Assembly (NCBI RefSeq): GCF_009914755.1
Contig: NC_060936.1
From: the human T2T-CHM13v2.0 reference genome, Homo sapiens
Length of the DNA stretch: 64,000 bases
Strand: one strand, 5' to 3'
Part shown: in pieces, positions 1-27,054 of the stretch
Layout: every line of letters begins with the position of its first letter
Numbering within the stretch: the stretch's first letter is position 1
Notes under the pieces: model-generated
Seen by the model: only the letters and a program-made list of their open reading frames with translations
The model's database searches: none
What the model was told of the DNA's origin: nothing
Translations under genes and position numbers: made by a program

Positions 1-100
1 CATTGTCTTTACAAAATCCTGCATGCAATTTTGTATTTACAATAATCAGGAGCATTTCATCTTTTATTCCATAGCAATAGTTTCAGGAGGTCTCCCTACA
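1..100 (-). mobile_element. 5' end of an LTR (LTR18-like), truncated by the window
   Basis: Minus strand begins TGTAGGGAGACCTCCTGAAACTATTGCTA; family assigned from memory. Confidence 0.6.
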
Positions 101-2150
<2,050 letters not shown>

Positions 2151-2889
2151 AATACATTTACAAATTTTAAAGTCCTGGCCAAGCACTGTGGCTCAAGCCT
2201 GTAATGCCAGCACTTTGTGAGGCTGAGGCGGGAAGACTGAATGAAGCCAGGAGTTCCAGGCCAGCCTTGGCAACATAACAAGACCCCTGTCTCTACAAAA
2301 TTAAAAATTAAAAAAAATAGCTGGCTATAGTGGCGTGCACCTGTAGTCCCAGCTATTCAGGAAGCTGAGGTGGCAGGATTGCTTGGGCCTAGCAGTTTGA
2401 GGCTACAGTAGGCTATGATCCTGTACTATGGCCTGAGTGGCACAGCAAAATCCTGTTATCTAAAAAAAAACAAAAACAAACAAACAAAAAAAACAAACAG
2501 AACAGATATTACCTAATATGAGAACTAATCTCCCCACATGTACAAAACAGAATTTTTCTCATCTCTTTCTCCCAAGCCCACCTATACAAGAGGATTTTTC
2601 TCATATATTTCTCCCAAACCAGAAAAAGAGGTAAGATGCTAATTAATATCTTGTTAATAGGGTTAGATGGTCAAGTTGCCTTGGCTAACAGAAACATAAA
2701 AAAGTGAAATAATATGTAATAAAACATTTAAAAGTATAAAGTATTTAATAAATATCAGCTATTATGTTAACCACATATGGCCTTTTCTCTGGGTAAGCTT
2801 GCTAAAATTCCAGTTGGATGGCACAGTCATAGATTCTACTGGCTTATGACCTATCATAAGTTTATAACTGTTAAGAGATTTAAAAATGT

Positions 2890-3354
2890 GAAATGGTGAA
2901 GTCAAGAAATATATAAAGAAAAATCTCTAAATTTAAAATGTTTTATTTGGGAAGCAAGAATTGCATTTCAGGGCATACACACAGACTGCGTGGTCTTGGA
3001 CATGTCTGAAGAACAAAGAGATGACTGGGAGTTTTATTAGAAGGGAAATAGTACATGTTGTTTTGAAAGCAAGCTCACTGGCACCAAAGAAAGTTTTGGG
3101 AGTCGGCAAACTCTGATTAGTGAGTGACCGTGGTATGTAAAACTAGTCCTAAGAGACAGGGCAAGTCATTTTGGCAACTACAAGATCAAACTGGTCTCAG
3201 GGTTACATTGGACTATTTTAGTAGCTGGGCTTGTGAAAATATTAATTATTGGAGCAGGTGCTATGTGCTCTGAGAGCTTGTTCCCCTTGGCTTCTCGACT
3301 CCAATTTAGTTGGGTATGACAAGAATGATCCAATATGTATAATCAACTTTCACA
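2890..3354 (-). mobile_element. ERV1 (MER4-group, MER31/MER67-like) solo LTR
   Basis: Minus strand starts TGTGAAAGTTGATTAT with AATAAA near the far end; subfamily uncertain. Confidence 0.5.
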
Positions 3355-3562
3355 TAAATAATCCCTGGAGAAGAAAAGCAGCCATGCAGCTTTTGTGAGC
3401 AATAACATTCTGATCATTAATTCAAGAAATAGCCCTATGAGGCTGGGCGCAGTGGCTCATGCCTGTAATCCCCAGCACTTTGGGAGGCCGAGGCGAGCAG
3501 ATCACCTGAGGTCAGGAGTTTGAGACCAGCCTGACCAATATGGTGAAACCCTGTCTCTACTA

Positions 3563-3781
<219 letters not shown>

Positions 3782-4131
3782 TTAAAACATATCAGAAGTC
3801 TTTGGCAGGGCAAAGGAGGACAAAACGAGGTGAGGTTTGCTTGCACTCAATTCTAATAACAGGAGATAAAGTTCAATCAATTATACAACAAAAATTAACT
3901 GAGTACCTATTATTGAAATCAAGAAAAATTCTACCCCTCCTATGTATAACAAGGCATTATTTTGAAGGAAATACAAAGAAATGTATAATATAGGTCATGC
4001 TCTTAAGAAAAATACAACCAGCCTAGTGCCTGGTAATAAAGAAAACCCAAAAAAGCATAAGATATGATCCTAAACATGAAAGCAAAAACTCTTAAAAAAA
4101 AACCCACATATATATACATTTGTATTTGTCC

Positions 4132-5974
<1,843 letters not shown>

Positions 5975-6160
5975 TCTATCTGTCTTTAATTTAAACCACG
6001 GGCAGAATAACCAAGAGCTCTCCCTACTCAAGAGCATCTCTATTTTGTTTTAATTATAAATAGTAAGAAAAAAGAGTCACGTCCTAAGCCAAATTAGACC
6101 TTAACACCTTATATCTTTATAAAGTCCCAACCCACTGTTATGCCAGAAAGTCACCTTGGA

Positions 6161-6542
6161 CAGTAGTTTTCAAACAAGAACAATTTTGCCCCAATCCCAC
6201 CCTCACAGGGACATTCAGCAATTTTTTTATTTTTAAGAGATGGGGTCCTGTTCTGTCACCCAGGCTGGAGTGCAGTGATATGATCATAGCTCACTGCAGC
6301 CTTGAACTCCTGTGCTCAAGCAATCCCCACCTCAGCCTCCTGGGTAGCTAGAACTATAGGCACCTGCCACTACACCTGGACCATTTGGCATTGTTTGAAG
6401 AAATTTTTGGTTGTCACAACTAAAGAACAGAGGGTTTACTACTAGTATCCAGCTGGTAAAGGCTGCCAAACGTCCTAATGTACAGGACTACAAATAATTA
6501 TCTAGCCCCAAATCTCAATAAAGCTGAGGTTGAGAAACCCTG
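6161..6542. mobile_element. MER20 DNA transposon with an inserted Alu monomer
   Basis: Termini CAGTAGTTTTCAAAC ... GGTTGAGAAACCCTG. Confidence 0.7.
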
Positions 6543-7085
6543 CTTTCAGAGATAAAGCTTAGCTCTCTCTGTGTGTAAGTCATACTTTATTAACTTAATC
6601 ACATCTGAACTCAAATTCCAGCAAAGGAAATAAACATTAGGAAAATCTGAATCACAAGATGTTTGACTTAAAATTACTTTGGCAGGCAATGACAATACAG
6701 TAGCAAGACTTTTACTTTCCAGTTTGACTTACACAGTCACAATCTACCACTGAAACTTCAAAATCCATTTTCATTGGACATTATATTTTGGTGGTTTAAA
6801 AGTGTATGGTGGAGAGGCTCTGGAACAAGACAAGGCTGCATTCAAATTCCAGCTCCAACACTTACTAGCTGTAAGAACTTAGGAAAGTCCCCTAACCTTA
6901 CCAGGATTCAGTTTCCTTGTCTGCAATATCAGACTAATAATATCCATCTCAAAGTTTTTTAAGGATTAAATGAAAAATACACTGAAAGCACTGAGCAAAT
7001 CTATCTAGAATAAATACTAAAAATTTTGTTTAGTTTGGAGAGCAATTATAATTAAGAGTATTGACTTTTAAAAATCCTTGCTCTT

Positions 7086-9904
<2,819 letters not shown>

Positions 9905-10161
9905 TTTGCTATTGATTTTGCAACTGATCCTGCTGACCAGGTTGTCCACTGATGTTCAGATGTTATCCTTTAATCAATTTTTTGTTGTTATTGTTGTTAA
10001 TGTTGTCACTTTATTAGTAAGAAAATATCAAGATGATAAAGAATATCATTTCTCTTTAACTAAAGAGTAAAAGCAAATCCCCAAGGGGGAAATGTGGAAA
10101 ACTACAGAATTGACGAACTTTGCTTATACTAGTTTAGTTATATGAGATTAAATAAACATAC

Positions 10162-10208
10162 CTCAGAGTAGCCATGACAAATTGTATCCACTGTATTGCA
10201 GGAAGAAC
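10162..10208 (-). CDS. TMEM116: TMEM116 exon containing the ATG of the MATLS... isoform (ATG at 10175)
   Basis: Acceptor ttgcttag|, reads VLPAIQWIQFV-MATL-S, donor GAG|gtatgt; joins the next exon in frame. Confidence 0.9.
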
Positions 10209-10853
10209 CTAAGCAAAACAAGGAAAACGGAATAAAATTAAACCTTTTACATTGAATATTCAACCTAAGTTCATTATTAACTATCTGTACAGCATGAATT
10301 TTTCTTCAAAGCCTAATCTCAAAACATACTATAAGCCTGAGAATGAGTTAAAAGGCTGAACAGGCCCCTGGAAAGACAAGGTGCTCCTTTTTTCCTCTCT
10401 TATTTCTATTTCACTGGGAAATAGTATGATTTTTTAAAAAATAGAGATGTGGATTGAAAAATGACTAAATGAAAAAGGGAAACTAGCCAGGCACTGAGGC
10501 TCATACCTGTAATCCCGACACTTTGAGAGGCTGAGGTAAGACGATCACTTGAGGCCAGGAGTTTAAGAAAAAAGAAACCTGGGAGAGAAAACTAATAAAA
10601 GGAAGAACAAAATGTAGAGTGGGTAGAAAAAGTTAAATGTTGAGAGAGAATACAGAGATGTGTGGAAAGAATAGGTAACAGAAGAGACAAATACTAGAGT
10701 TCACTGATAGGTAGAAAGAGGAAAGATAGACTAGTAAAACAGAGAAACTGAAGAAAAGTTAGTAGTATGAAAAGAGATTGTGAGTGAAAAATGCAGAACA
10801 GGAAAGAAGAAAGGGAAAATACAAAGGAAGACAGGGAGAGCTTCTGACCTTAC

Positions 10854-10901
10854 CAAGTCCCAACTGTCCTCCAGAATGCTAGCGTCTAGTGGAAAGGTCA
10901 T
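10854..10901 (-). CDS. Candidate upstream TMEM116 coding segment MTFPLDASILEDSWDL (putative exon 10854-11031)
   Basis: ATG at 10901, 16 codons, phase-0 donor TTG|gtaagg, in frame with the 10208 acceptor; pyrimidine tract and aag| acceptor at 11031. Confidence 0.55.
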
Positions 10902-11861
10902 AGGGACTTCAGTCCCAGCTACCCTTGAGCAGCCGATCCTTCCTAGTCAGGTTCTGAATCCTGAAGCAGTGAACAGGTGGCTCCACCCCTATCCCAGCTG
11001 GGCTCCTCCTATACTGAATCCTGCTCTGTACCTTGAGGGCAAGGAGAGAGGTAGTGACAAGCGGAGGAGAAAGCCAAGCAGAAAGAACAAAAACAGAAAG
11101 ACCAGGTAACAGGGAAACAAAGTGGTAAGTGGCATTAGGAATTAAAAGGAGCAAGAGGCAGGAGTAATAAAAAGCAGACAGATACAGAAGGGGCAGGATT
11201 GAGAAAAAAAGATGAGTCATAGTGAAAAGATAAATAGAGCTGCAATAGAGAAATGGAACTAAAAAAAGGGGTGGGCGGAGAAATAAATGGGATAGAAAGG
11301 AGGTCTCCCTAAAATTTGCCCTTGTTTAGAGACAGAAGCCTGTGATGGAAAAGAGAGATTGCATATTCACTCAGTTAATAAAGTTTTAGTAATACTAGTG
11401 AAAAGCTGAGGTGGTTATTAATGTTTGTCATAAATTACATTATTCATTAATACACTGATGCTTAAATATCAACTTTGTGCAAAGCAGTGTGTTATGGAAG
11501 ATATAAAAAGAAATAAGATATAGACCCAGCCTTCTGACAGCTTATAATATAGTAGGAAAAATGGCCTGAATACCAAAAATTCAAATGATTTGCGCACAGC
11601 AAGAATATACCTACACAGAGTAGCATTCAAAGAAGATTTGGAAGAACTGATAAAATTTGGACAGACTGGAGGAAAAAAGAGAGCAGAAGGAAGACCATTC
11701 ATTTATGTAATTTATCTTTCATCTAGCCATAATTTCATATAGTCTACAAATCCTTATTGATAACAAATTAAATCACTTGCGTCGCTAGAGTAATTTAAAT
11801 ACATGACTAATTTATTCATATCAGGTTAAAATTACAGTCCAAAACAAAACAAAACAAAAAA

Positions 11862-14770
<2,909 letters not shown>

Positions 14771-15211
14771 AACCTACTTCTAAACTAACCATGACTAGAA
14801 AGTCACTGCTGATCAATTCTACTAACTAGGTATAACCGAAGTTATTTATACTGAGAAGTGAATAATTTTAGAAGTTTAAATGTTTTATAAAGAAATTTTA
14901 AAACTCTTAATAGCTCCATATAGACTACAGAACAGAAAATTCTTAGTTTGACTTCAAGACTCCCTCCTATCTGAGCTTAAAACTGTTTTACTATCTCCTG
15001 TTTGGAGAACTCCCTTCAACCAAGCCAGTCATTCTCCCAAAGCATCATGTTCATTCCCGTATCTGCTCCTTTTCCACTTGTTCTCTATCTAAAATGTTCC
15101 TCCTTCCAAGGCTTAACTCTATTTCCACCAGTTACATAAAGCCTTGTTTCACCACCTCAGTTCATAGTTTTCCCTTCTTCTAATTTCTATCACTTGTCTT
15201 GTAGCTCATAG

Positions 15212-16195
15212 TGTTACGGGGTCTTTGGGGTGTCCATTTTCTGGCCAGAAACCTCTGTGGCCACAGTGCCTTTACCCGAGTTCTTGTCCTGCATCCAGGA
15301 AAAGAATGAGGTACGTGGACAATGAAGGGTGAACAAGACAAAGATGAACTTTATTGAGTGTTACAACAGCTCAGAGACCTCCAGTGGGTATTTCCTCTCT
15401 GTAGGCAGGTTGTCCATCAGGTATTCAGTTCTCAGTAGAGAGGAGGCCCTGGAGAGGATGGCTCCTCTCTGCAACTGATCGTCCTAATGTCTGCAGCTCT
15501 CAGAAGAGAGGAGGCCCTGGAGAGGGTGGCTCTTCTCTGCCCACAGGTTGTCTCTGCAGCTGTCAGCAGGGAGGGTAGGTCCTTTCTGCAACTGGCTGTT
15601 CCATCATCTCCAACTATCAGCAGAGAGGGTAGCTCCTCTCTTAGGCTTGTTGACCCATAGGTCTCTGCCCTCTTGGTCCTCTGGCAGTCCTCTGCCCTAC
15701 TCTGGCTGAACCCAGGGTTTTTATGGACCTCCGAGGGGAGGAAGTACATGCCGATTGGTCCATGGGCAGGCCAGAAGATGCACCACGAGTCCCTACTCCA
15801 GTCTGCAGGACTGGCAGCCTGGACCCCTGTCTTCAGGCCCTCCCTGACCTGAAGGTGGGGTCTTACTGGGGACTCACCCACTTCTACCCTGGAATCAATC
15901 TGCCTCCCATTGCCATTCTTGGCCCCAAGCCCGCTCTGAGATTGGAGCAGGCCCCGGGAGTAGAGAGAGTCCAGGCGGTGGGAACAGACACTCCTGAGCC
16001 TGCAGGGATTGCAGTAGGGTGTCTTGCTGGTCCCCCAAGGGTGCAGGCTGCAGAGATGCCCAGGTCCTGCACCTGGGAGGGCAGCCACAATGGCACCAGG
16101 GGCTCCTGCCTCAACTCAGAAGGGGCGGGGCTCCCACAGGCTCCATGGAGTGTGCAGCCCCAGTCACACCTCCCTGCTGCAGCTGGCTGCCATCA
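15212..16195 (-). mobile_element. ERV1 solo LTR (MER52/LTR28-like)
   Basis: TG...CA termini, 4-bp TSD atag (15208-11, 16196-99), AATAAA on minus near 15350, GC-rich internal repeats. Confidence 0.82.
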
Positions 16196-17754
16196 ATAGG
16201 GCAAACTCAAAATTTTTCTTAACTTCCCCAGACACATTCACACATACACACACACAAACACACACACACTTTCTTTCAAAATTTATATCCAATCAAACTG
16301 GTTGTCCATGATTGGATCCTGTTATCACTGTTGACTATTTATACACATACATTTTGGAAACATACAATGGTTAATTATAGCAGTAAGTCCCTTACAATGC
16401 ATTGTATATGTTCTCTTACATGCATTTGTTCATCAAATCTTGTGAATTCTACCCTTTAAAAGTTTGTCAATTCCATCCATACTTCTTCAGCCCTATTATG
16501 TCCTACTGCATGACCTTAACCTCTTCCAACTAGACTATTGCCATACCCCATTAATTGGCTTTAGTCCCGTCTTCTCAATTCCAATCCATTTCCTTCATTC
16601 CTGAGTAATGTTGTTTTTGTTTTGAGACAGTCTTCTCTGTTGCCCAGACTGGAGTGCAGTGGCAGCAATCAGGGCTGACTGCAGCCTCGACCCCTCAGGT
16701 CCAAGTGATCCTGCTGCCTCAGCCTCCCAAGTACCTGGGACCACAGGCATGCACTACCACACATGGCTAATTTTTCTACTTATTGTAGAGACGAGGTTTC
16801 ATTACGTTGCCCAGGCTGACCTGGGTGCTGTTTCTACACACAAATCTAACCTCACTCTCCTAGTTAAAACTTCTGGTGACTCCAAACCCTTTAGCTTGGT
16901 GAGACCCTTTCGAATCCGCCCCATGGAAGCTCAGTAATAATCAATCAAAATAAAAAAGAGCGGCAGCAGCTGTTGCGCCAGTTCGCCTTTACATAGATTC
17001 ATCTCAACCAGTTCCCCAACATGCCTGTGCATAATTTTCCCATTGTTAGAAATGCCCTGTTTCTCTTTGCCTCATGCACGCCCCCTCTTATTTCAAGGTC
17101 CAGCTCAAAAGTCACCTCCTGTCTACAACTTCCTCTGATGCTCCTGAGCAGGGATGGCTGAATCTCTGTCTCTTTACAATAAGAAAATACGGTCTTTTTT
17201 TTTCTTTTTGAGACTGAGTCTCGCTCTGTCACCTAGGCTGAAGTGCAATGGCGAAATCTCGGCTCACCCCAACTTCCGCCTCCTGGGTTCATGCAATTCT
17301 CCTGCCTCAGCCTCTTGAGTAGCTGGGATTACAGGCACGCACCACCACACTCGCCTGATTTTTAGTAGAAACGGGGTTTCACCATGTTGGCCAGGCTGGT
17401 CTCGAACTCCTGACCTCAGGTAATCCACCTGCCTCGGCCTCCCAAAGTGCTGGGATTACAGACGTGAGTCAACGCGCCCAGCCGGAATAATATTTTACAG
17501 CAATTACACTGCACTGTTTAGATCATTATTCCTATGCCGCCTCCTCCCCCAACAAAGTGCGTGCCTTCAGCACACAACGGTCTTGTTTCTGCTTATTCCG
17601 TAGCCCCGCAGGCAAAGCCAGAGTCTGGCACAAGCCAGGGACCGAGTGACTACCTGCGGAACAGAATGATTAGAATTGCGTCTGGGGTTCCTGGAGGGTG
17701 GGCCTTGGCTGGGCGGATCCCAGGAGCCTGGCGTCTCCCAGGGGAGGCGCTCAC

Positions 17755-18120
17755 CTCAGATCGGGCCTAAGAGGGCCCTGCTTGCCACACTGACCGCCAA
17801 GCCTGGCCAAAAAGCTCAGGGAAGCCGCGGAGCCACTGCCCGCCTGGGTCAGGGTGGTGACGGAGCCTGACTGAGAATAACGGCTGAACTTGACTAATAG
17901 ACTGACCGAGGGTTGGAGCGGGTCCCAACCAACTGCCTGACGGCCCAAAGGCAGGAAGAAACGATGGTAGGCCTTGTCATCTTCGAAGGAGAGGAAGGAC
18001 AGCAAACGAATTGCTATAGCGTCCCCATGCGCACTTGGCGCTTCTCCTCAAGCGGAGCAGGAACGGAACTGGGCGGACCCGCCGGAAGACTCGGCGAGTG
18101 CGCGCGCGCAGGAGCCCATT
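17755..18120 (-). other. TMEM116: Probable non-coding first exon of TMEM116 (alternative donors)
   Basis: Minus-strand donors TCG|gtcagt (exon end 17907) and GAG|gtgagc (exon end 17755) inside the CpG island; transcription start approximate. Confidence 0.55.
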
Positions 18121-18370
18121 TTCCCGCCCGCAACGTGGCCCCGCCCTTTTACCCAGGCCCTACGCGAGCTTCGCCGAGTACGCGTGCGCAGCAGCTTCCC
18201 CTCCCTCGCCCCGCCCCTCACGTGGCCCCACCCTCTCACCCTAGACAGATGGGAGCCTCCTGGGGTGTCCACGTGAGCGCGCGTGAGTCCGCCCCCCCAG
18301 TCACGTGACCGCTGACTCGGGGCGTTCTCCACTATCGCTTACCTACCTCCCTCTGCAGGAACCCGGCGAT

Positions 18371-18514
18371 ATGGCTGCCGCTGTGCCCCGCGCCGCATTT
18401 CTCTCCCCGCTGCTTCCCCTTCTCCTGGGCTTCCTGCTCCTCTCCGCTCCGCATGGCGGCAGCGGCCTGCACACCAAGGGCGCCCTTCCCCTGGATACGG
18501 TCACTTTCTACAAG
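18371..18514 (+). CDS. ERP29: ERP29 coding exon 1 (signal peptide and start of thioredoxin-like domain)
   Basis: ATG at 18371; [48 protein letters not shown]; donor AAG|gtaacc at 18515; 144 nt. Confidence 0.98.
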
Positions 18515-19076
18515 GTAACCGGGGCGGGGGACGTCGCGCGCAGGTGCCGCCGGGGCGCCCGGAAGAGCGCGCGCCCGTGGGGAGACGCTGGATTCCGGGA
18601 GCTGACGGGAGGTGGTCTGTAGCAACGGTCCCAGAGCTTCCCGGCGTCCTACAGGCCTAGTGGACTCTGAGCGGAGAATGTTATGACCACCGGGCATGCA
18701 CGCTTCAGGGCCCCGGCGCACCCTTGCTTTTGCAGCATTTATACTTGCATCCACCCTTGCAAAGATGCAGCCGAGGGAACTGGGTGCCCCTTCCCTTCAC
18801 CTGTGGGGAGAGGGCGGTGCCTGGCGAGATCCAACCCTCGAGTCCCAAGTGGGAGAACCGGAGGGCGGTGCGAGGTCGACGCCACCGGGCTCCCGGCTGT
18901 GGAAGCTGGGAGGGGTTGGCGGGGGGAAATGCAGGCGCGTTAGCCTGCGTGTCCGCGCCCCTCTTCCCAGGGTTGGATTGCAGCCTGCTTTGCAGTGTGC
19001 AAACAATGATCAGATATCATACATCTTGAATAGTGCAAGCGTGAAGAATAAGCTTCAGTTCAGCCACCCTGTAAAG

Positions 19077-19392
19077 CAGGGGTCCCCAACCACCAGGCCC
19101 GTCGGTGGCCTGTTAGAAACCGGGCCGCACAGCAGGAGGTGAGCGGCAGGCGAGCTAGCACTACAGCCTGAGCTCCGCCTCCTGTTACATCAGCTGCGGC
19201 ATTACATTCTCATAGGAGCACGACCTTTATTGTGAACTACGCATGTGAGGGATCCAGGTTGTGTGCTTCTTATCAGAATCTAATGCCTGATGATCTGAGG
19301 CGAAACAGGTTCATGTCGAAACCACCCAACCCCGTGGAAAAGTTGTCTTCCATGAAACCAGTTCTTGGTGCCAAAAAGGTTGGGGATAGCTG
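19077..19392 (+). mobile_element. MER1B hAT-Charlie DNA transposon
   Basis: CAGGGGTCCCCAACC ... GGTGCCAAAAAGGTTGGGGATAGCTG termini. Confidence 0.82.
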
Positions 19393-19806
19393 TTGTAGGA
19401 AACATCTTGGGGTTGGCAACAAAATCAGTAAAATTGGGTCAAGGCATGGAAGAATTTGCCACTACCTCCGCCTTTCCCCCCTTCCATTTTTGCAGAATTA
19501 GGGATCCTGGCCTGAGTAAATGGACGGTTGGAAATGGTGGCTGAATGCAACACCGCAGTCCCAGTCCCCTCCTCTTGCACCTGTCTTCACCCACGAGCAG
19601 CTTTTAACTTCCTCTAGGAGATGGGCAAGCTTAGTGTTGCGAGAGAGCCAGTCATTTCATTTTCAGGTTTTGTACTCATTGTGGGGAAGTGAAACCAAGA
19701 AGTAGTTGTCTCCAGTGGTTGAAGTCTCCTATTTTCAAGCGTTCCCTGTCGTGGATTTGGCACTTGCAGCTCATTCAAGGCAAAGTTTCAAGAATTTAAA
19801 AGTGTA

Positions 19807-24075
<4,269 letters not shown>

Positions 24076-24660
24076 GTCTTGGCCCTGACAGTTTAAAACC
24101 CAGAGATCTAGCCAGAGGGAAGTGTAGTCTAGGGAGAAGACATTGTCCCAAGCCTGGCCTCTCACTAGCTTATCTGCCCTGAAATTGCTGGGTTCAAACT
24201 CTGGCCTATCTAGCCAAAGCGTCCTCCATGATGCCAACTCCTTTGTAGGTAGGTTTGTTTATTTTTGTCAGATTTCTTGTTCAGGGTTTACTGCGAAAGG
24301 CCTCCTGGGATGATGAGCATGACAGGGGCTGATGTAGTATGCAGAGGGTCTCCTTCACCTAACTGAAAGGAACCCTGAAGGAGAAGGCCTTAGTATGTCT
24401 GCAGCCTTGTTTATTCTGGACAGGGTTGTGTATATCTTTGATTAGTGTGAACAGGTACTAATGGGGTGCCCTGCATGTTGCTGGCACTCACTAAATTGTT
24501 AAATGAGTCAGTGGGTGAATGAATAAATATTAGTTTGTGAGAGCTTGCCTCCCTTGTGGGCTTGTTTCCACTCTATTTCTTAAACAGGGGCCCCTTGGGA
24601 AGGGGAATTAGCCCCAAAAGTCCCTGGAACACCCACTTGCTCAGCTCTATACGCCCTCAG

Positions 24661-24799
24661 GTCATTCCCAAAAGCAAGTTCGTCTTGGTGAAGTTCGACA
24701 CCCAGTACCCCTACGGTGAGAAGCAGGATGAGTTCAAGCGTCTTGCTGAAAACTCGGCTTCCAGCGATGATCTCTTGGTGGCAGAGGTGGGGATCTCAG
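24661..24799 (+). CDS. ERP29: ERP29 coding exon 2
   Basis: Acceptor ctcag|; [46 protein letters not shown]; donor CAG|gtatgg; 139 nt. Confidence 0.98.
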
Positions 24800-26260
24800 G
24801 TATGGACAAGTCCAGGACGGCTGGGGGGGCAGAGAGGGAGGAAGCTAGAAATCGTTTCCCTACTTGGAACAGGAATACCCAGCATCTTTCCTTCTGAGCC
24901 ACTCTCAAGGAGTGTAAGTAAACAGGTTCATGGTCTCTAAAGGAATCTGCTGCCCACAGTAGGCTTAACCTGAGCAGATTTTGGGACCATGGAATCTAAG
25001 CTCAGCTGTACAGGTGCCTGAAGGGAAGGGAACCCCTCTTCCTTCACATTCCACCCCTCTCTGACATTAAACTGTGAGAACTTTGAGCTCTCCTTGCAGG
25101 GAACACTGGGCAGAGGGGGTGCTATGTCCCCTAGGGGACAGCATAGTCAGTTCTTCTGTCTTCATTTCAGTTTATGTACCAAAACTGTTAGGTTTTGGTG
25201 TTAGCTCAAATGCACTGATGCCACCACTAATCCAAGGGCACCTCCCAACCACAGCGACAGCTTTAATAGTCACCAGCATTTAGTGGCTGACAGGGTAAAG
25301 ATCTGCACCCCCATTGCATTTTAAATCTTCACTTGAACTCTGCCTGAGAAGCAAGATGTATTATCTCCATGTTATACTTCAGGAAAAAAAAAACTGAAGC
25401 TCAAAGATTAAAGGACTGTGGGTGATAGAGTGGCTCATCCAGAGCTCCACCTAAGTGTTTAGTCCCAGGCAGGGGCTTACTTATTTCACTTCCCTCCCAG
25501 CTTGGATGCCTCCATTCCGTAGTAAGCTGGGAACTTAGTAGAGCGTCTGGTCCTGGGTAGAGATAGCTGGCACACCTCTCCAGGACAGTCAGTCAGATTT
25601 GACTCAACTTCAGGTAACTCCCTTGGTGCTTTTATTAGAATAATAATAATAGTTAACATTTATCAGATGTTTACTGCGTGCCAGGCCGCTGTGCTGAGTG
25701 TTTTACATGTGTTTCATCTTTGCAAGAGCTCTGTGAAGGAAGTCCCATGTGGTACTATTACCTCCATTTTTTCAAATGAAGAAATGGATGCTTAGAGTAA
25801 CTTGCTCAAGATTGTGGAATTGTTAAGTGGCAGAACTAGGTTTGGAACCCTAGGCATCCAGTACTACCACTACTAGTAGTTGGTCTTAGCCGTTTCTCGG
25901 CAAAGTGTAAGAAACCAGTTGTCACAGCATCAGTCCTTGGGGCTGCTACTGCTCGTTAGGAAGGATGTTGCAGATACTAACAGCAGCTACCACATATTAA
26001 GCATATAACCCTGCCAAGTATCACGCACATATTCCCTCATCCGGTCCTCCCAACAGCCCCCATGTGGCAGGGACTGTGTTCCTTCCCTACCACATGCTCC
26101 CCTTTCTCACCCAGCTCCAGCCAGACTGGTCTTTGTAATCCTGAAATTTCCTGAGCTTAGCCCTGCCTCAGAGCTTTTGCACTTGCAGTCCTTTCTGCCT
26201 GAGACACTCTTCCCAAATCTTCACGTAGCTTGCTCCAGGACATTCAGGTCCTTTAGCTGA

Positions 26261-26731
<471 letters not shown>

Positions 26732-27054
26732 AGCTTAATACTCTTAATCACAAGTAGACCCCCAGCACCTAGAACAGCATCTGACACATAGTGGGCATAT
26801 AATAAATATTCAGAAGAATCTCCATTTTTTCAGATGAAGAACAGTTCAGAGAGTTTAAATGATTTGCCTAGTGCTGCATGGCTAGGAAGTGGCAGAGGAG
26901 GAATTCAAACACAGGTCTGTATGGTTGCTCCTCACTTTGAACCATTACACGGCCAAGAAAATTCTTCTTTCCCTCAGTTCAGCTAGGTCCCATAGCAATT
27001 TTCTGCCCTGAGTTCCTTATGGTCTTGCTTTTTGTGTCTGGTTTCTGCTCACAG

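Larger units (their letters stand above)
17530..19200. promoter_or_regulatory. CpG island, bidirectional TMEM116/ERP29 promoter
   Basis: High GC and CpG; GC boxes; ETS-like CCGGAAG 18082-18088; NRF1-like GCGC runs 18099-18110 and 18182-18190; CACGTG at 18219 and 18270; GTCACGTGAC at 18300-18309. Boundaries approximate. Confidence 0.9.

Noticed and set aside
15432-16311. 218-aa and 158-aa ORFs
   Set aside because: They lie within a GC-rich solo LTR where stops are rare; no recognisable domain.
17534-19142. Overlapping ORFs on both strands
   Set aside because: Expected in a CpG island; only ERP29 exon 1 is supported.
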